A stretch of DNA of 64,000 nt from Tubulanus polymorphus (Eukaryota; Animalia; Nemertea): NCBI RefSeq assembly GCF_964204645.1, contig NC_134033.1, forward strand, positions 9,556,655 to 9,620,654, given 5' to 3'. Below, piece by piece: positions 33,768-46,239 of this stretch. The position numbers and the translations under genes are program-made. The notes beneath the pieces are model-generated. The model was not told the DNA's origin. It ran no database searches and saw only the letters and a program-made list of their open reading frames with translations. The stretch's first letter is position 1; the number at the start of each line of letters is the position of its first letter.

Positions 33768-35867
33768 CTAAAACATATTGTGGAGATATGATATGGCTAT
33801 GAAATAATCCTGAGAATTTGTTGGCAAAAGGAGGCACTTCCTTGTAATTGCACTGACAGGTAAACACTTAATACATCCAGTTAGAGTTTTTACTCGAAAT
33901 ATACCAAGCAACTGGGAATCTAGAGGGTAAGTAAACAAACTCCTTCTAATCCTGTATGTTTCATAAACAATTGAGAATGTTTCACCGATTTTCAATATGT
34001 TTCGTATGAGAGCTATTTCACCATGTATCAGTACACAATTGTCAGGTTTACAATTTTTCAATTTATGACCTTTGATCTCAATTTCAGAACCCTGTGTAAT
34101 ATCGTAACTGAAAGGAATCTGTTGTGGTAGTAAAGGACCATTTTTATGGACCTTTTTTAGTTTGGATGTTACATTAACCGTATTTGATTCAAAAGAGGAA
34201 AACAAATCTTTTTCTTTTAAACGACGAATTACTTGTGACAAAGGATTAACTGGTGACCGCACCATTCGTTTAAGCTGGCCTAAGTAGTTTTCGAAAGGAA
34301 AACATGAATAGCCATCGAGCGAACCATATCGTTTAACATCTTCAGCTAGATGGATTAAAGAATGGATATTATAAACCATTGCTTTAGAGCCATAAATGGT
34401 TTCGTAATGCTCTACAAAGAGTAGAATAAGATTGTGTGCATAGTCTGCATGAGACTGACAGAGATTGGTATCTGCTAGTATTCTTACTGCCACAGAATAT
34501 ATTAAGAAATTTTTATAAGTTTGATCAGGAAGATGAGTCAAGGCAATCATTCCAGTATACAAAGTAATCAGGCGAAACTCAGTGGCCTTCCAGTGAGCTA
34601 TTTCTGATAGAGCTCTACCTTTCCTAGCAAATTCAGATGGGATGAATGAATTGAAATTTAGAATTTCAGATGATATAGCTTGAATTACACGACTAGGCAT
34701 ACGAGACATTAATGGACCCATAATCCAATATTTGAGTAGTCTCTTTGTAACTCCAATGCATATAAGATGCATGTAATCTGAAGGAAATTGAGCAACCATG
34801 TCAATGGTCAATTTCAAAAATGGGGAGACACCGTGCAGGTGATGTTCAGCATCAACCTGGCGACGGAAATCTTGATCTCTCCGTAAGGGACAATTGGAAT
34901 CTGTAAACAACATTTTTCCATTCCAGTTTCCAGGAATAGTACATTTACTGCAACCAGAATAACCACTATGCCCTTTTATATGCTTTACAAATGCCAAAGC
35001 TGGGGCATCACAAATAACTGCTGCTACATAAACATAATAAGTTTTATCTTTGTAACTAAAACCAGATTCAAGTTGGTAAATTTCATCGACAAAGGGTATT
35101 AGAAAATCAGTATCTGAAGGCTTTTTTTGGCCGTAAAATAGGCCAGCAATGAATGGTTGACTTACGGTATCATTATTTGTAGGTAAAGTAATTTTACATA
35201 AAACTGGCCAAAACTGTGAGTTAGAACTTTTGAATAGCGGAAGACCATCAATATTCACTTGTAATAACAATTTTTGGTCATCATCTAAATCAAAGTCAAT
35301 TTTATCTAACCAATTACAAATTCCTAATCGTGCCCCGAAGTGATAATATTGACCACTTGATACTGAACTTATATCAACTGTCGAGATATTATATGTTTGT
35401 AATAATGTTCTGGGGTCTGTAGGCAAGGATGGGTGACATGGGCTTAAAATCTTTAATAAAGCGCCTACAGCTACTTGTGTAATATTGTGATCAGTAGCCC
35501 ATTGAGCAAGAGATTTAGACAGCTCTTGGGGTGATTGTTGTTCTTCTGTGTAACTTTCACAGTCGTTAGAAGACAAAGTGTTTATTGATGCAGAAGAACC
35601 ACTTATTTCTGATAATTGATCATCCAGTTCATCAAATGCTATGGGACTTGAATTTCCAAGTCCGTAGCTTGAATCTTCCCCCAATAACTCAGGTGAATTC
35701 GGCAATACAGCACCAAGAGTTACATCATTTTCATCATTGGGAGCATTTACAGAATAAATTTGACTCTGATGTTGAGTAGAATTGGATTCTAAGGAATTTA
35801 CAATTGATGCAACTTCACGCCTAATGCGACGGCGGCGTGTCCAAAACGATGGCTCTTTCTGATCCAT
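33768..35867 (-). CDS. EnSpm/CACTA-family transposase
   Basis: NIDGLPLFKSS, ICDAPA, GCSKC, DYMHLICIGV, WKATEFR, YNIHSLIHL and SCFPFENY motifs; 699-aa open frame. Confidence 0.92.
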   Translation of the reverse strand: MDQKEPSFWTRRRRIRREVASIVNSLESNSTQHQSQIYSVNAPNDENDVTLGAVLPNSPELLGEDSSYGLGNSSPIAFDELDDQLSEISGSSASINTLSSNDCESYTEEQQSPQELSKSLAQWATDHNITQVAVGALLKILSPCHPSLPTDPRTLLQTYNISTVDISSVSSGQYYHFGARLGICNWLDKIDFDLDDDQKLLLQVNIDGLPLFKSSNSQFWPVLCKITLPTNNDTVSQPFIAGLFYGQKKPSDTDFLIPFVDEIYQLESGFSYKDKTYYVYVAAVICDAPALAFVKHIKGHSGYSGCSKCTIPGNWNGKMLFTDSNCPLRRDQDFRRQVDAEHHLHGVSPFLKLTIDMVAQFPSDYMHLICIGVTKRLLKYWIMGPLMSRMPSRVIQAISSEILNFNSFIPSEFARKGRALSEIAHWKATEFRLITLYTGMIALTHLPDQTYKNFLIYSVAVRILADTNLCQSHADYAHNLILLFVEHYETIYGSKAMVYNIHSLIHLAEDVKRYGSLDGYSCFPFENYLGQLKRMVRSPVNPLSQVIRRLKEKDLFSSFESNTVNVTSKLKKVHKNGPLLPQQIPFSYDITQGSEIEIKGHKLKNCKPDNCVLIHGEIALIRNILKIGETFSIVYETYRIRRSLFTYPLDSQLLGIFRVKTLTGCIKCLPVSAITRKCLLLPTNSQDYFIAISYLHNMF

Positions 35868-36944
35868 AAAATGGAGGGGCTATTGCTTATGATTATTCAT
35901 TTAAATTAGAACAGGCCAAAATTTAAAGTGTTGTGCCGAACTATAATCAGCCAACAAGACTCGAACCCACCGGTCGCTCAGCACTGCTTATATAGTGAAC
36001 GCAACACGCCTTACCCCACTCCGACTGCGAGGATGCTTCTAAATCAGTACAATCAAATAGAAATGATACGAATATTTGGAGATACTGCTAGATAGTTAAC
36101 TATACTAATAAATACTGAAGTATGAATAAAATGTTTTTTATCTATGGTTTTAAGAATTTAGTTTCAAAACTCCGCAAATGAAATTGAGGCTTGCAGCAAT
36201 AAAATGTCAATCAAATTCAATTTTAAAAAAGGATCCTGACAAAACAAAAATTACGTCCAATTTAAACGAATTGAATTGAACTGACAAACAACTCGACAGA
36301 ATCCAATAGCTGTGGTTACCGGGTATATAAGACCATTAATCAGAAACGTGAATACGCAACAAAAGCAAAGCATACTTAGGGTAAATTCAATAGAAAACCT
36401 GTTTCTATTGTCTCCGAAGATCGCTCCTTTGTTCGTGTTCACGGTGAATAATGCATCTTATGCGCATGTGCAATAAATAGCGTGCCTCAGCATTGTTATC
36501 GTTGGTTTCGAATCCCATCGATATATTGCCGTAATAAAGATTGATAATCATCTAAATACAAACAACTTTTTTTTAAATAATGTAACACACCTTTATTTAA
36601 ATATAGTTTTTAAAGAATGATCAATAATCGAAAAGTTTTCTACCCATGACCCCATGATGTCGAAATTTCATCGCTAACATACATCATAATGACGTCTATT
36701 CACGATGGAAACTATAACTGAATTTTCACCCATTTAACGACGACATACGGATCATAAAACATCAAAATATATCTTTTAGAATTATTACTCAAATAAAGCT
36801 CCCCATAATTGTCGGAATATTTGTCCCCAATATTTCATTTTCTAACATCGCAATGATGTCAGATTGTCATCATATTCCGACAGTCGGTACGGTCAGATTT
36901 CGACGGATTTCTGACATCATTATGACGTAATGCTGCTACTTGGG

Positions 36945-37012
36945 TTGTAGTATATATTTATAACACCAGTGTTATTCGTAATATTGATAGTTTGTGGTTG
37001 TTCTGGTTCCAT
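36945..37012 (-). pseudogene. 5' end of the copy A HNH gene
   Basis: MEPEQPQTINITNNTGVINIYY; matches 43355 onward. Confidence 0.9.
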
Positions 37013-37240
37013 TTATTATACGTATCTTTTTACTAAATTGATTTTAGAACTTCAATGATTTATATCATGTATTATTTCAATCACACTTTACTAACACTTT
37101 TAATGTTTAAAAATCTAACTCACACAAATATGAATATTGAAATAATGTTGTAAATATATCTATATATCTATTCTATAAGAGCTCGTTAATTACTCGTTAC
37201 TTATATATGTTATTCATTTAAATGTTATTCATATTTTAAG

Positions 37241-37429
37241 AGTAATAGGGGTAATAGGCTTTCATATCAAAGGTTGAAGGGGCGAGTGAGTAAAAAAATG
37301 AAAATAATAATAATTTACAGTTGAATTAGGAGTGTGCGCGACTAATTCAACTGTAAATTATTGTTATTTTCATTTTTTACGAGCTCGACCCTTCGACCTT
37401 TGGTATGAAAGCCTATTATCCCTATTACT
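37241..37429. repeat. Terminal fold-back hairpin at the right end of copy A
   Basis: agtaatagggg...ccctattact imperfect palindrome of 189 bp. Confidence 0.9.
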
Positions 37430-37689
37430 CCCGCCTACCGTAGGCCGGAGAACATGGGCAACTAGCCGGATACGGCTTGCGACGAGTCGGTAGGCGTCGC
37501 GTTGCCGTCCCAAGCCGGCTTATGTCGAACCGATTGAGGAGCAACTGGCGGCCTCTCGTAGGCCGCTAGTTGCCGCTAATCGGCGATAAATTCAGTTGCG
37601 TCGGTAGGCGTCGCGTTGCTTATCGACATAAGCCAGCCTTAAGGCACAGTGACCTCCGAGATAAACTTATCACGCGTGGTATACGGACA

Positions 37690-39470
37690 TTTTACTTCGA
37701 CTATCGTTTTGGATGGAGTCAACAATGCCACCTGGAGATGCAGCTAACCAAGGTCGTTCCTTGTAAATGAAGAGGCCGCACTCTTTAGCTTCCTGAATGC
37801 CTGGATAATCTGAGCGAAATTTCTTTATGGCCACTGATTCATATTTCCGTCCATGACCAATGGGAGCAGAATTTATTTCCTGGCTAACACATCAGGTCTG
37901 AAGCAAGTTTCGTTAAATTTAAGATGGGAGTAGCTTTGCAAAGTCCTCCATATGAGAATGCCGTTAACCGTTTGCTTCTTTCATAAAACCATACTTTATT
38001 TATCGACTGTCTTCTTGTTTTCGACTCTATCTCCCGGATATATTCCTCCGTAACAGACCCATGGGTGAGCTATAAAAATTAAACTGGCTTGATAAGTTTA
38101 ATTAAAGAATATAGAATTGTAAATCTGTGTGCTCAATCTAAGACTAGTTTTCTAGTCATATTTCAGTTTTAGTTGTACCTTTTCACTTTTCAAGAATTCT
38201 TCTTCATCTGTTGAACGACCAAACTGATAATTATTAGTAATTCCATAAGGATTTGCTGGGTAGGACAGCTGTAGAAATGGCATGTCATACTGAAACTAAA
38301 TGTTTGGAGAGAATCATTCATTTGCCGTTATTGGCTCAAAACGTAAAAATAAACCTAAATCATAACTAGGCTACATGTATTTCATTTTTGGGGACAACAC
38401 ACCTGACAGTTCAACGCCAGATTTGTGATGGTATCGATACGATTCAGACGTCTTCTATATTCTACAGGTCTTGGATCATACAACATCTGGGACTGTTTAC
38501 GCATTTCAGCAATATTTGAATCTTTCATAGGACTCCCTCTATAGGCTTTAGCTCTGTGAAATGTTTGCAGCACCTGTTAGATGAAATAAAATGACATAGA
38601 GGTTTCTCGATTGAAGAAAAATATAGTTCCTTTTTATTAGAAAAATCAATCACATTGCACACTGTTTTCATAGAGATTTTAATACTTGCCTGAGTGCATG
38701 TGGTTTCCGTAATGATATCTTTCTCCAACAAAAAACGGCATACGGTACTGTTACAATATGTTTGCAGTGAGCGGTTGGCCCTTGGCCAGCACCACATTCA
38801 CACTGGCTCTCTTCAACGACTCCATCTTTATCAACTTTGACGAGAAGCATTAAAAGATAAAGTTTAAAGTAAACAAAATACCGGTAATTATTTTCTAAGG
38901 TTAATGACCTATGAATCATCAAGTCACCTAGTTTTTGGTGAAGTCATGATAAAGACATCCAATCTCCCTAAGGTAGGATTTATGTAAGTATAACAGTCCT
39001 TCAAAGATTTTCAATATAGAACAAGTCGGTTTTATAGATAGAGAATATAGAAAGAAAAATGTTTTTGATTTAATATAAACAACAGGGATGTACGGACAGA
39101 ACATTTCTACAAACCTTGACATCCACCCTGTATTCCACAGTCCTTTTCATCTCTGCCCACACGACTGCTTTCAAGAAAACTTAATCCGATGCCTTTGCCA
39201 AGCGTTTATAACGTACAAACCTGTTAAGAGAAAAAGAAACATTTGCATGAGGGAAACAACAAATTGTGACCTAAGGATTCGGTTATATGTGTGTTACCTA
39301 CCTTCGCCTGGAGAGCTCTTTACATTTATCGTCAAACTTTTTTATCATACAGAGCGGGTAGGTCAGCGAACATCTCGGAGTGAATGTATTTATAGTAATC
39401 AGCTGATGGCAACGTCATGTGAATTTCCATCTCGGGTTCATTGCTGGTTGTTCCTTGGTTGATCTTGTAA
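37690..39470 (-). pseudogene. Intron-containing SWIM zinc finger plus YqaJ-like exonuclease gene (accessory gene typical of ISL2EU-type DNA transposons), degraded
   Basis: SWIM motif QCECGAGQGPTAHCKH; TCTQ..QTFH; YqaJ motif ECGLFIYKERPWLAASPGGIV near 37720-37790. Boundaries are approximate. Confidence 0.7.
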
Positions 39471-39509
39471 AATTCTAATCTGCATGAGATGAATTTTCTG
39501 ATTTAACAT

Positions 39510-39750
39510 ACTCTCTTAGAACAAAGGGTTCTACCTAAGAACCTTTAGGGGTTCTTGGGCTTGCCTCCGAGGGAGAACCCCTAAAGGTTCTTCAAAGAAC
39601 CTTTTTTGTAGGGTTTATTGAAGAACCCCTGGTAAAGGTTCTTTAAAGAACCATTTCGTATAAAGGGTTCTTGTAAGAATCCCTTTCAATATTATCAAAT
39701 GGTTTTTGGCAGGGTTCTTGGGGGAACCATTTTAGGTATTTTAGGGTTCC
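39510..39750. repeat. Cluster of aagaaccc/gggttctt motifs, probably one end of a CACTA-type element or MITE
   Basis: Starts ctctcttagaacaaagggttct; many direct and inverted copies of the motif; the other end was not found. Confidence 0.5.
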
Positions 39751-41024
39751 TCATTCATTTTTTGACTGCTCAAGGTGTTCATGTTTTGTCCATCCTCTGT
39801 TATGTTTAACTGCTCCCTTAATCCTCATGTGGATAAAAAAACTGATGATTAGAATCGCGCAAAACTAATATCATATAAACATTTTATTATAAAATCTCAT
39901 GAATTAAGATATGAATGATACACATTAAACGATACAAAAATAGTTTCACTAATTGGTTACAAATGTACAATAAGATTGAAAGATGGAGAACTTATTTCAG
40001 TGCGCTAATCGCTTGGTATATTAAATCTGTTTGGAGTTTTCCACATTAAGTCTAAAACATAATGTTCTGAGAATATCAAAGTGTTTTAAAAATTAGTGGG
40101 ATAAGATATAAGATGATATGCTAAACGTATAATATGGCGACTTAAAGCAGGCCACTCCGCTTATTGAGAATCTCTCCACTTTCAATCAATTGTAAGCCAT
40201 CTTCTTAAATAAGTTTGTTTCAACCTGCTGCCACCTTCGCAACCTTTCAACCATAGGACCCGGATGATAGTCGTATATTTCCTGAAATATAAATAATGTT
40301 GAGAACAATTAATGGTGTAACAAACTCGATTATGTTTTGCAATGATGCATACTCTGCGAGTAAATCTCAACACTTTATAATATTACATGCATAAGTTCCA
40401 AATACATTTGTCAATAGAAAAGACAAACGAAGTTAACAGCGAGATTTGATTCAGAAAAATACGAACCTTTTTAACGGTTTTCAATTCTTTCGCATCCTCT
40501 CTCAAATTCCCTGGTAATACGTGAAGCTCTGCTGTTATCATCACATCTGAAAACCAGTGAATATGTAGATTGAAAATGATTATCTTCTATCAAAATACTG
40601 TCACACAACAAAGGCCATGAATCGAGATATACTAACCTGCTTCTGCAATTTCGCTATTTTGAAGCGACACGATTGCCAAATGTACATACTTTGTATATTT
40701 CTTTAATTTTCTTCCGCCAAAGGTCCGAGATTGGAAAAGATCTTTTGCACCACGCTCACATTATGGTCAACTTCCATGGAACAGTTTCTATAACAAAAAA
40801 CGAAAGTGATGGGAAAGTTTTAAACAATAATTATGGCTGATCCGATTCTGAGTCACTCAGGCTTTATGGCCTATATTTTAAATATCACAAATGTTATATA
40901 GTTTCTCAGTGACATCAGCGACACCAGTGTAAAAATCTGACACTACACAGTTTGCCTGAAGTCTTCAGCCCGATCGGTCGACTTTTGTCTGGTGAGCATT
41001 CCGTTTGTCAGTCTTATTTCTTTA

Positions 41025-41442
41025 CCAACTAGTGAGGTTGGGGTTCGCAAGTTTTATGATTTAGATTTTGCGCCAACTAGTGAGGTTGGGCAGTAAAGAA
41101 TTGCGCCAACTAGTGAGGTTGGCAGTTAAGATTTTGCGCCAACTAGTGAGGTTGGACATTTAAGATTTTGCGCCAACTAGTGAGGTTGGGCAATGAAGAT
41201 TTTGCGCCAAATAGTGAGCTTGGGCAGTGAGATTTTGCGTCAACTAGTGAGGTTTGGCAGAAAAGATTTTGCGCCAACTAGTGAGGTTGGGCGGTGAGAT
41301 TTTGCGCTAACTAGTGAGGTTGGGCAAAAAAAGATTTTGCGCCAACTAGTGAGGTTGGGCAGTTAAGATTTTGTGCCAACTAGTGAGGTTGGGCAGTAAA
41401 GATTTGTGCCAACAAGTGATGTTTGACAGAAAAAATTTTGTG
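41025..41442. repeat. About 31-bp minisatellite (agattttgcgccaactagtgaggttgggcag)n, about 13 copies
   Basis: Directly visible. Confidence 0.95.
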
Positions 41443-41474
41443 GCATGCAATGGCTAAAGGGTTAATGGCTTGTG

Positions 41475-42058
41475 AGTAATAGGGGTTTAGTTGTTCTAGA
41501 TCAAAGGTCGAACGGTCGAGCTCATTAAAAAACAAATATTAAAAGTAATTTAAAACTATAATATATTTTCATAGCCGTGTGTATTTTATATTATAACTAA
41601 ATATTTATTCTAAGATATTAATAATTTAAATTTTAAAAGCATTTTAAAATCAATTGGTCGCTCCGCGACCAATTGATTTATTTACAATACACAAATTCAT
41701 ATAATCAAATATATTCAAATAATAATAATTATTATATTATTTAACTAAAATACACACGACTATGAAAATATATTATAGTTTTTAATTACCTTTAATATTT
41801 GTTTTTAATGAACTCGACCGTTCGACCTTTAACCTAGAACAACTAAACCCCTATTACTCTTAAAATATTCATATACATGGATAAAATATAAATGAATAAC
41901 ATATATAAGTAATTAAAAAAGTAGGCTTTCAAGCCAAAGTACGAGAGTACGAGCTCTTATAGAATAGATATATAGATATATTTTAAACATTATTTCAATA
42001 TTTATATTTGTATGAGTTAGATTTTTAAACATTAAAAGTGTTAGTAAAGTGTGATTGA
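41475..42058 (+). repeat. TIR of copy C with fold-back hairpin at 41475-41858
   Basis: Inverse match to 57307-57915, apart from an about 25-bp indel at the hairpin tip and scattered substitutions. Confidence 0.93.
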
Positions 42059-43354
42059 TTTAATACATAGCATTTGCTTATACTGGAACATGATTCTATT
42101 TGAGCCTATATACATTTCATGTAATGAACTATTGAATAAATCTATAAATTCACAGCTGTAACAGCTGTTACTATGACGCCGAGACATATGAGTCATAATA
42201 CTGCAAACGCGTAGAACATTCTAGAAGGTGTACCGGAACTCTGAATAGAGATAACATGGCATAATACTGCAAACGCGTAGAACATTCTAGAAGGTGTACC
42301 GGAACTAGATGACGCGTCATGATAGAAGACGTGTTCATTTCGAATTCGCACCGGAACTGAATGGACGCTGTAACATAACGCTTAGGATATTCTATCTCTC
42401 GAAACGCAATTAGGAGTTTATAGTTTACAATTCTAAATCTAAATGTAAGTACTGTTTTTTGTAGTTATTAGGGCTATTAAATATGAAACCTTTAGATATA
42501 TTTAAGCGTATTTAGTATATCTTTTAGATAGCTAGAGTTACCGCTAATATCTTTTAGGTTAATAAAACGTCATACACATCAAGAAGCGATAGAGAAACTC
42601 TTTCTGACTGAGGAATCAACAGCAATGGATATCGAACCAATAGAAACTGGCGTAGAACCACAAGAATCACAAAAGATCAACGAAGAAACTATATAAGAAT
42701 TTCAAAAACATTAAGACTCCAATGATTAAGTTTAACATTTGTTGATGTAGTTAAATATTTACTGGCAATTGAAAAATGTTTGTAATTATAAATTGTATTT
42801 ATAGAAATCAAATGATGTATTGGAAGAAACGACTGAACATACTTGTATAATGTATTGTGTAAATCTGTTTGGTGAATTTTTATGTTCAGTCGTTTCAATT
42901 ATGATTAGCGCATACGCATTAAGCAAAACCGTCCATAAATGGCCGCATGTGACTGACACATGTAACGCATGTGACGTGGACATGAACGCGTTTGAATTTT
43001 CTATGTTCAGTTGTTTCTATTTTACAGAATGAATATATAATTATGATTAACACATGCACATTAAGCAAAAGCGGACATCAATGGCCGCATGTGACGCATG
43101 TAACGCATGTGTTGTTTCTATTTTACAGAATTTATAGAATGAATATATAATTATGATTAACGCATGCGCATTAAGCAAAAGCGCTCCTGTATGCCCGCAT
43201 GTGACGCGGGTATTGTAACTGGTATGATTTAGATATCAAGGAATCGAAACGACTTATCAAAAGCAGCGAGGAATGAAAAAGGATGACGTTGGTCGAAGAA
43301 ATGGAAGAGGATTCTAAAATATTAACCAATTTAGTAAAAAAATACGTATAATAA

Positions 43355-44002
43355 ATGGAACCAGAACAACCACAAACTATCAATATTACAAATATCACTG
43401 GTGTTATAAATATATACTACAAGAAATGTTCTAAGTGTGAATTAGATAAATTAGCTTTAACATAATTTAGTAAGCGTAAGATTAGCAAAGATGGTTTTCA
43501 ATATTGCTGTAAAACTTGTCTTAAACTATATACCAAACAATACCGAGAAGATAATATAGAACATTATAATTATTATATGGCAGAATATATGAGAGAAAGA
43601 TATCAAACAGATCTTAATTTTAGATTGAAACAATGCTTAAGATCTAGATTAACACAATTATTCAACAAAGAAACACATTCAGAAACACTATCTAATTTGT
43701 TGGGTTGTTCAGATGAATTTCTTAAATCATGGATTATATTTCAATTCGATAGTCAAATGAATATAGATAATTATGGAGATTATTTTCATATTGATCATGT
43801 GTTACCGATATCTAAATTTAACATGAATGATGAACACAATAAAAAACTTATTTGGAATTGGAGAAATTTAAGGCCTCTTGAAAAGAAAGAAAATAAAATC
43901 AAATCTAATAAACTAGATTTACAGTTATATTTAGAACAGTTAACAAAGGCAAAGAAATTTATTGATCAATGGAATAATAATCCAAATAATGAACAATGTT
44001 GA
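43355..44002 (+). pseudogene. HNH endonuclease (copy C), premature TAA at 43463
   Basis: In-frame upstream ATG at 43355; HNH motifs present. Confidence 0.88.
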
Positions 44003-44010
44003 GGAATTAA

Positions 44011-44748
44011 TTAATTAAATTTATCAATATAATCATATAATAATGAAAATCCTTGATTGTATTGAGTTTGAATTATACTTGAAATATTTTCATCAGTTAC
44101 TGTATCATATTCTAAACATATATTCGATAATTTATAACCCATATCTTTATTAACGCTAGATATTCCAATTTCATTAACAGGAGCAAATGTTATTTCGAAT
44201 ATAACGTCTTCTTGAATTGCGTATTTATATAAAGGTGCATTATTATTTATCAATTCAAAGTCATATGGAATTTTATGTTTGCTTCCATATATACTTTTTA
44301 TCAATTTATCTATAGAATTAGTTAATATTGCATTATGTGCTTCTGATCTTAATTTATTTTGGTTTTCTGATTGGATTCCTTGAAATATCATATTATTTCT
44401 ATTTTCTTTAGTTAACCATACATCTTTATAATGCATAAATAAATTACAATCATCTAATGAGAAAACTGTTTCTGGACCGATCTTTATTGTTAATTTTTTA
44501 ATCAAATAACTTCCAACATTATCGACAACATAATTATTATTATAACCGGTTACTTTTATATCGGCTGAAAAATAAATACTATTTGGAACATAAAAAGTAT
44601 TTTGTGTTAATCGAGGAATTCTAACATATAAAGTTTCATCGGGATTAATGTTAGAAGGGTTATGAGTAATTATATGATGTGATCGTTCTGCTTTAATAGC
44701 ATTAGATATTCTATGATTCTTAGAAGGATTGATATAACTCCCACTCAT
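44011..44748 (-). pseudogene. Major capsid protein, 3'-truncated at a deletion junction (copy C)
   Basis: First 244 aa are colinear with the A and B capsid genes. Confidence 0.8.
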
Positions 44749-44788
44749 TTATTTAACAAAAAAATTAATTATTTATTTTTTATCATGT

Positions 44789-46222
44789 TTACTTGATATC
44801 TTTTGATATCATATTCACTAACCCAAAAATAATAGCACCTACAACTGTAATTAAAAATAAAATAATATGTTCAGCAGCAAAGTTAATAATGTTTCCTGCA
44901 GATTTCAATATAAAACCAACAATTGATGCAATAACTCCGGGTAAAGCTGCAGCAGATTTTTTAGATAGTTCCCATCAATATTTTGCTAATTTCTTTAAAC
45001 CATCTTTAACTTTATCTTGTATAGAATTATTATCATTCGGGGGTTTATCTGGTTTATTTGGAGTAGGAGTAGATTTCAGTGAATTTGATATAGCTATACC
45101 TATTGTTGTAAATAACAGAGTTACAGCTGTTAGAATTGAAAGAATTGTTATTCCTTCTAATTTAAATAACAATTTTATTCTATCTTTCAATGATATTTCA
45201 GAATTTGGTTTTATCAACAAATTTTTAAAAATAACTTTTAATCTATTAATATTAAAATCATATGATTTTAATAATGATTTAATTTCTTCTTTTTGTAATT
45301 CTAAATTATCTTTTAAATTATTTATTTCTTTTTCTAAACGTAATTCTTTTTGCCTCTATTCCATTTCATCAATTACTTGTCGTTCTAAATCAGACTTTAA
45401 TTGTTCTATTTCTTTATTTTCATCAGTTAATTCTTTTTCTAAAGTTCTAATTTTAATATCTCTTATACTTTTATTATGCGCAATTTTATCAGCTTCATTT
45501 CTTATACTAATAATTTCTCTAATTGCTTCATCAGAAAATATATTTAAATCTTCTAATTCTTGATCTGTTGCATCAAGTAACCCATTTTGTAAAAGTTTTT
45601 CAGTTTGAACTTCGGTTGATTTAACTTTACTAGTTTTGGAATTATCAACTTCTTTAGGAATTGTTTTTGGTTCTAAATTTTCATTAATTATCTTCAAAAA
45701 ATCATCATTTCTTCGAATAAATTCTCTTCTATTTAGAGTTATCTCTTCTTTTGTAACATCAGTTATAACATCATTATTGATTTTCTTAATTTTAGATTGT
45801 TCTAATTTAATAAAAGTAGATTTTGTTATTATTTTATCGTGACTTTTATTAGAAGAAATCTTAAAATAATAGTTATCTATCAAATTCCAATAATAATCAC
45901 CATTTAAATATTTCAAATCTTTTACTAAATAATCCACACCTTTATTTGTTATATTGAATCCAGATTTTTCTAATATTGGTTTGAATTTATCAGCTAATTC
46001 TTCATATTTTAATTCTTTTTTTGTTATTTCTGTAACTTCATTTTCAGTATTTATCTTTGAACGTGCTTTATCAATATATTCAGGCGTAGGTAAATTAGAA
46101 TTATATTCTGTTTTATTATCATTAACAAAACTTGATTCATTATCATTACAATCATCATCAATATATCCTTCATTATTATTTCCCGTGCCTTCCATTTCAT
46201 AAGCTTCTCCACCTTCTGCCAT
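44789..46222 (-). pseudogene. Coiled-coil/membrane protein (copy C) with in-frame stops
   Basis: Stops at 45356 and 44975; homolog of the A and B genes. Confidence 0.82.
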
Positions 46223-46239
46223 TTACATAATAAAAAAAA

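Larger units (their letters stand above)
11570..36944 (-). mobile_element. EnSpm/CACTA (CMC) DNA transposon, about 7.3 kb excluding nested copy B
   Basis: TIR CCCAAGTAGC / GCTACTTGGG; 2-bp TSD TT, confirmed by the uninterrupted site in the copy C HNH gene; many subterminal tgacatca/tgatgtca motifs; transposase ORF. Confidence 0.92.
1910..37429 (+). mobile_element. Polinton/Maverick-like element copy A; left arm and polB missing; interrupted at 9108-10235 and 11570-36944
   Basis: Gene order is colinear with copy B. The HNH gene rejoins across the CACTA insertion. The right terminus ...ccctattact at 37429 has a terminal hairpin. Confidence 0.9.

Noticed and set aside
39750-40890. Possible exon fragments of another transposon gene
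   Set aside because: No motif I could identify with confidence.
41025-41442. CRISPR-like appearance of regularly repeated units
   Set aside because: Head-to-tail minisatellite with only a few variable bases between units, no unique spacers, no cas genes and a eukaryotic context.
44793-45563. Long antisense ORFs (also 3545-4102, 23968-24453, 26132-26551, 23253-23783)
   Set aside because: Shadow frames opposite the conserved viral genes; their similarity follows from the sense-strand conservation.
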